A stretch of DNA of 64,000 nt from the human T2T-CHM13v2.0 reference genome, Homo sapiens: NCBI RefSeq assembly GCF_009914755.1, contig NC_060927.1. The stretch is one strand, 5' to 3'. Both the position numbers and the translations under genes were made by a program. The notes under the pieces are model-generated. The model worked only from the letters and a program-made list of their open reading frames with translations, was not told the origin of the DNA and made no database searches. Shown here piece after piece: positions 63,408-64,000 of this stretch (within the stretch, counting starts at the first letter, position 1; each line of letters opens with the position of its first letter).

Positions 63408-63514
63408 AATTTCAGGTCCTAAGCCTGGTTAAATTTCAGGTCCTAAGGCTGGTTAATAGTACAAATACAGTTATTTATTTATAACTAGTGCAAATACAGT
63501 TATTTATTTATAAC
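63408..63514. repeat. Two abutting tandem duplications (24 bp x2 and 29 bp x2)
   Basis: 63408-63431/63432-63455 and 63457-63485/63486-63514, each pair with one mismatch. Confidence 0.9.
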
Positions 63515-64000
63515 TATACAGGAATTTATTTCCCAGTACCTTCTATATTACTAACATCCCATAAAACCAGCCATGTAAGGAACTAGAACATTTTGAGAAT
63601 ATGCAATACATAACCTTAAACAAGAAGTTTTCATTCCTAATTAAAAAAAATAAGCTAGTTCATCACAACTTCCTTCAAATCCTTCTGCCACTGATTTCTC
63701 TCCTGAAAAGAGATATTATACGGCATTTTAGAGAAAACAAACATCTCTAAGTCACAAGGAGTGGAATAATCAAAGTTGCATTTTAAGCAAGATTATGGTT
63801 TTTTCTTTGAGTTCTCTGAATTTGAATAGTTTCTTAACCTTAGTTTTTTAACTGCTCTGAAAATGGTTTCTGTCCCTGGTGGACTCTTGTTTCAATGCAG
63901 TTATTTTGTCTGGTAGAGTCACAGAGTTAAGCTGTCATTCAGATCAGAAAAAATAAAAGAGAGAGATGAATTAATCTCAATGGCACAGTCTCCTTATTCA

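Noticed and set aside
55061-64000. AGTR1 exon 3 and coding exon
   Set aside because: No MILNSSTEDG or 7-TM ORF is present; these exons lie downstream of the window

Overview
Primate (human-like) genomic DNA, AT-rich and repeat-dense, with no intact protein-coding sequence. I recognise from recalled mRNA sequence the 5' end of AGTR1 (angiotensin II receptor type 1, + strand): a CpG-island/TATA promoter at about 44.65-45.3 kb, non-coding exon 1 (ends 45160) and the 84-bp non-coding exon 2 (54977-55060). The coding exon lies beyond the window. Upstream are about 44 kb of L1, Alu, L2, MIR, MaLR/ERVL and MER relics and a processed RPL38 pseudogene. The most striking observation is an 88-bp near-perfect copy of the AGTR1 TATA box/TSS pasted 1033 bp upstream into an old L1, bracketed by a perfect 30-bp direct repeat. 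Other notable items are a tailless 5'-half tRNA-Gly(TCC) retrocopy, a 5'-inverted Alu, a twin-primed L1, and an ERVL LTR flanked by both a PPT and a PBS. All family and gene assignments come from memory of consensus sequences, not from database searches.
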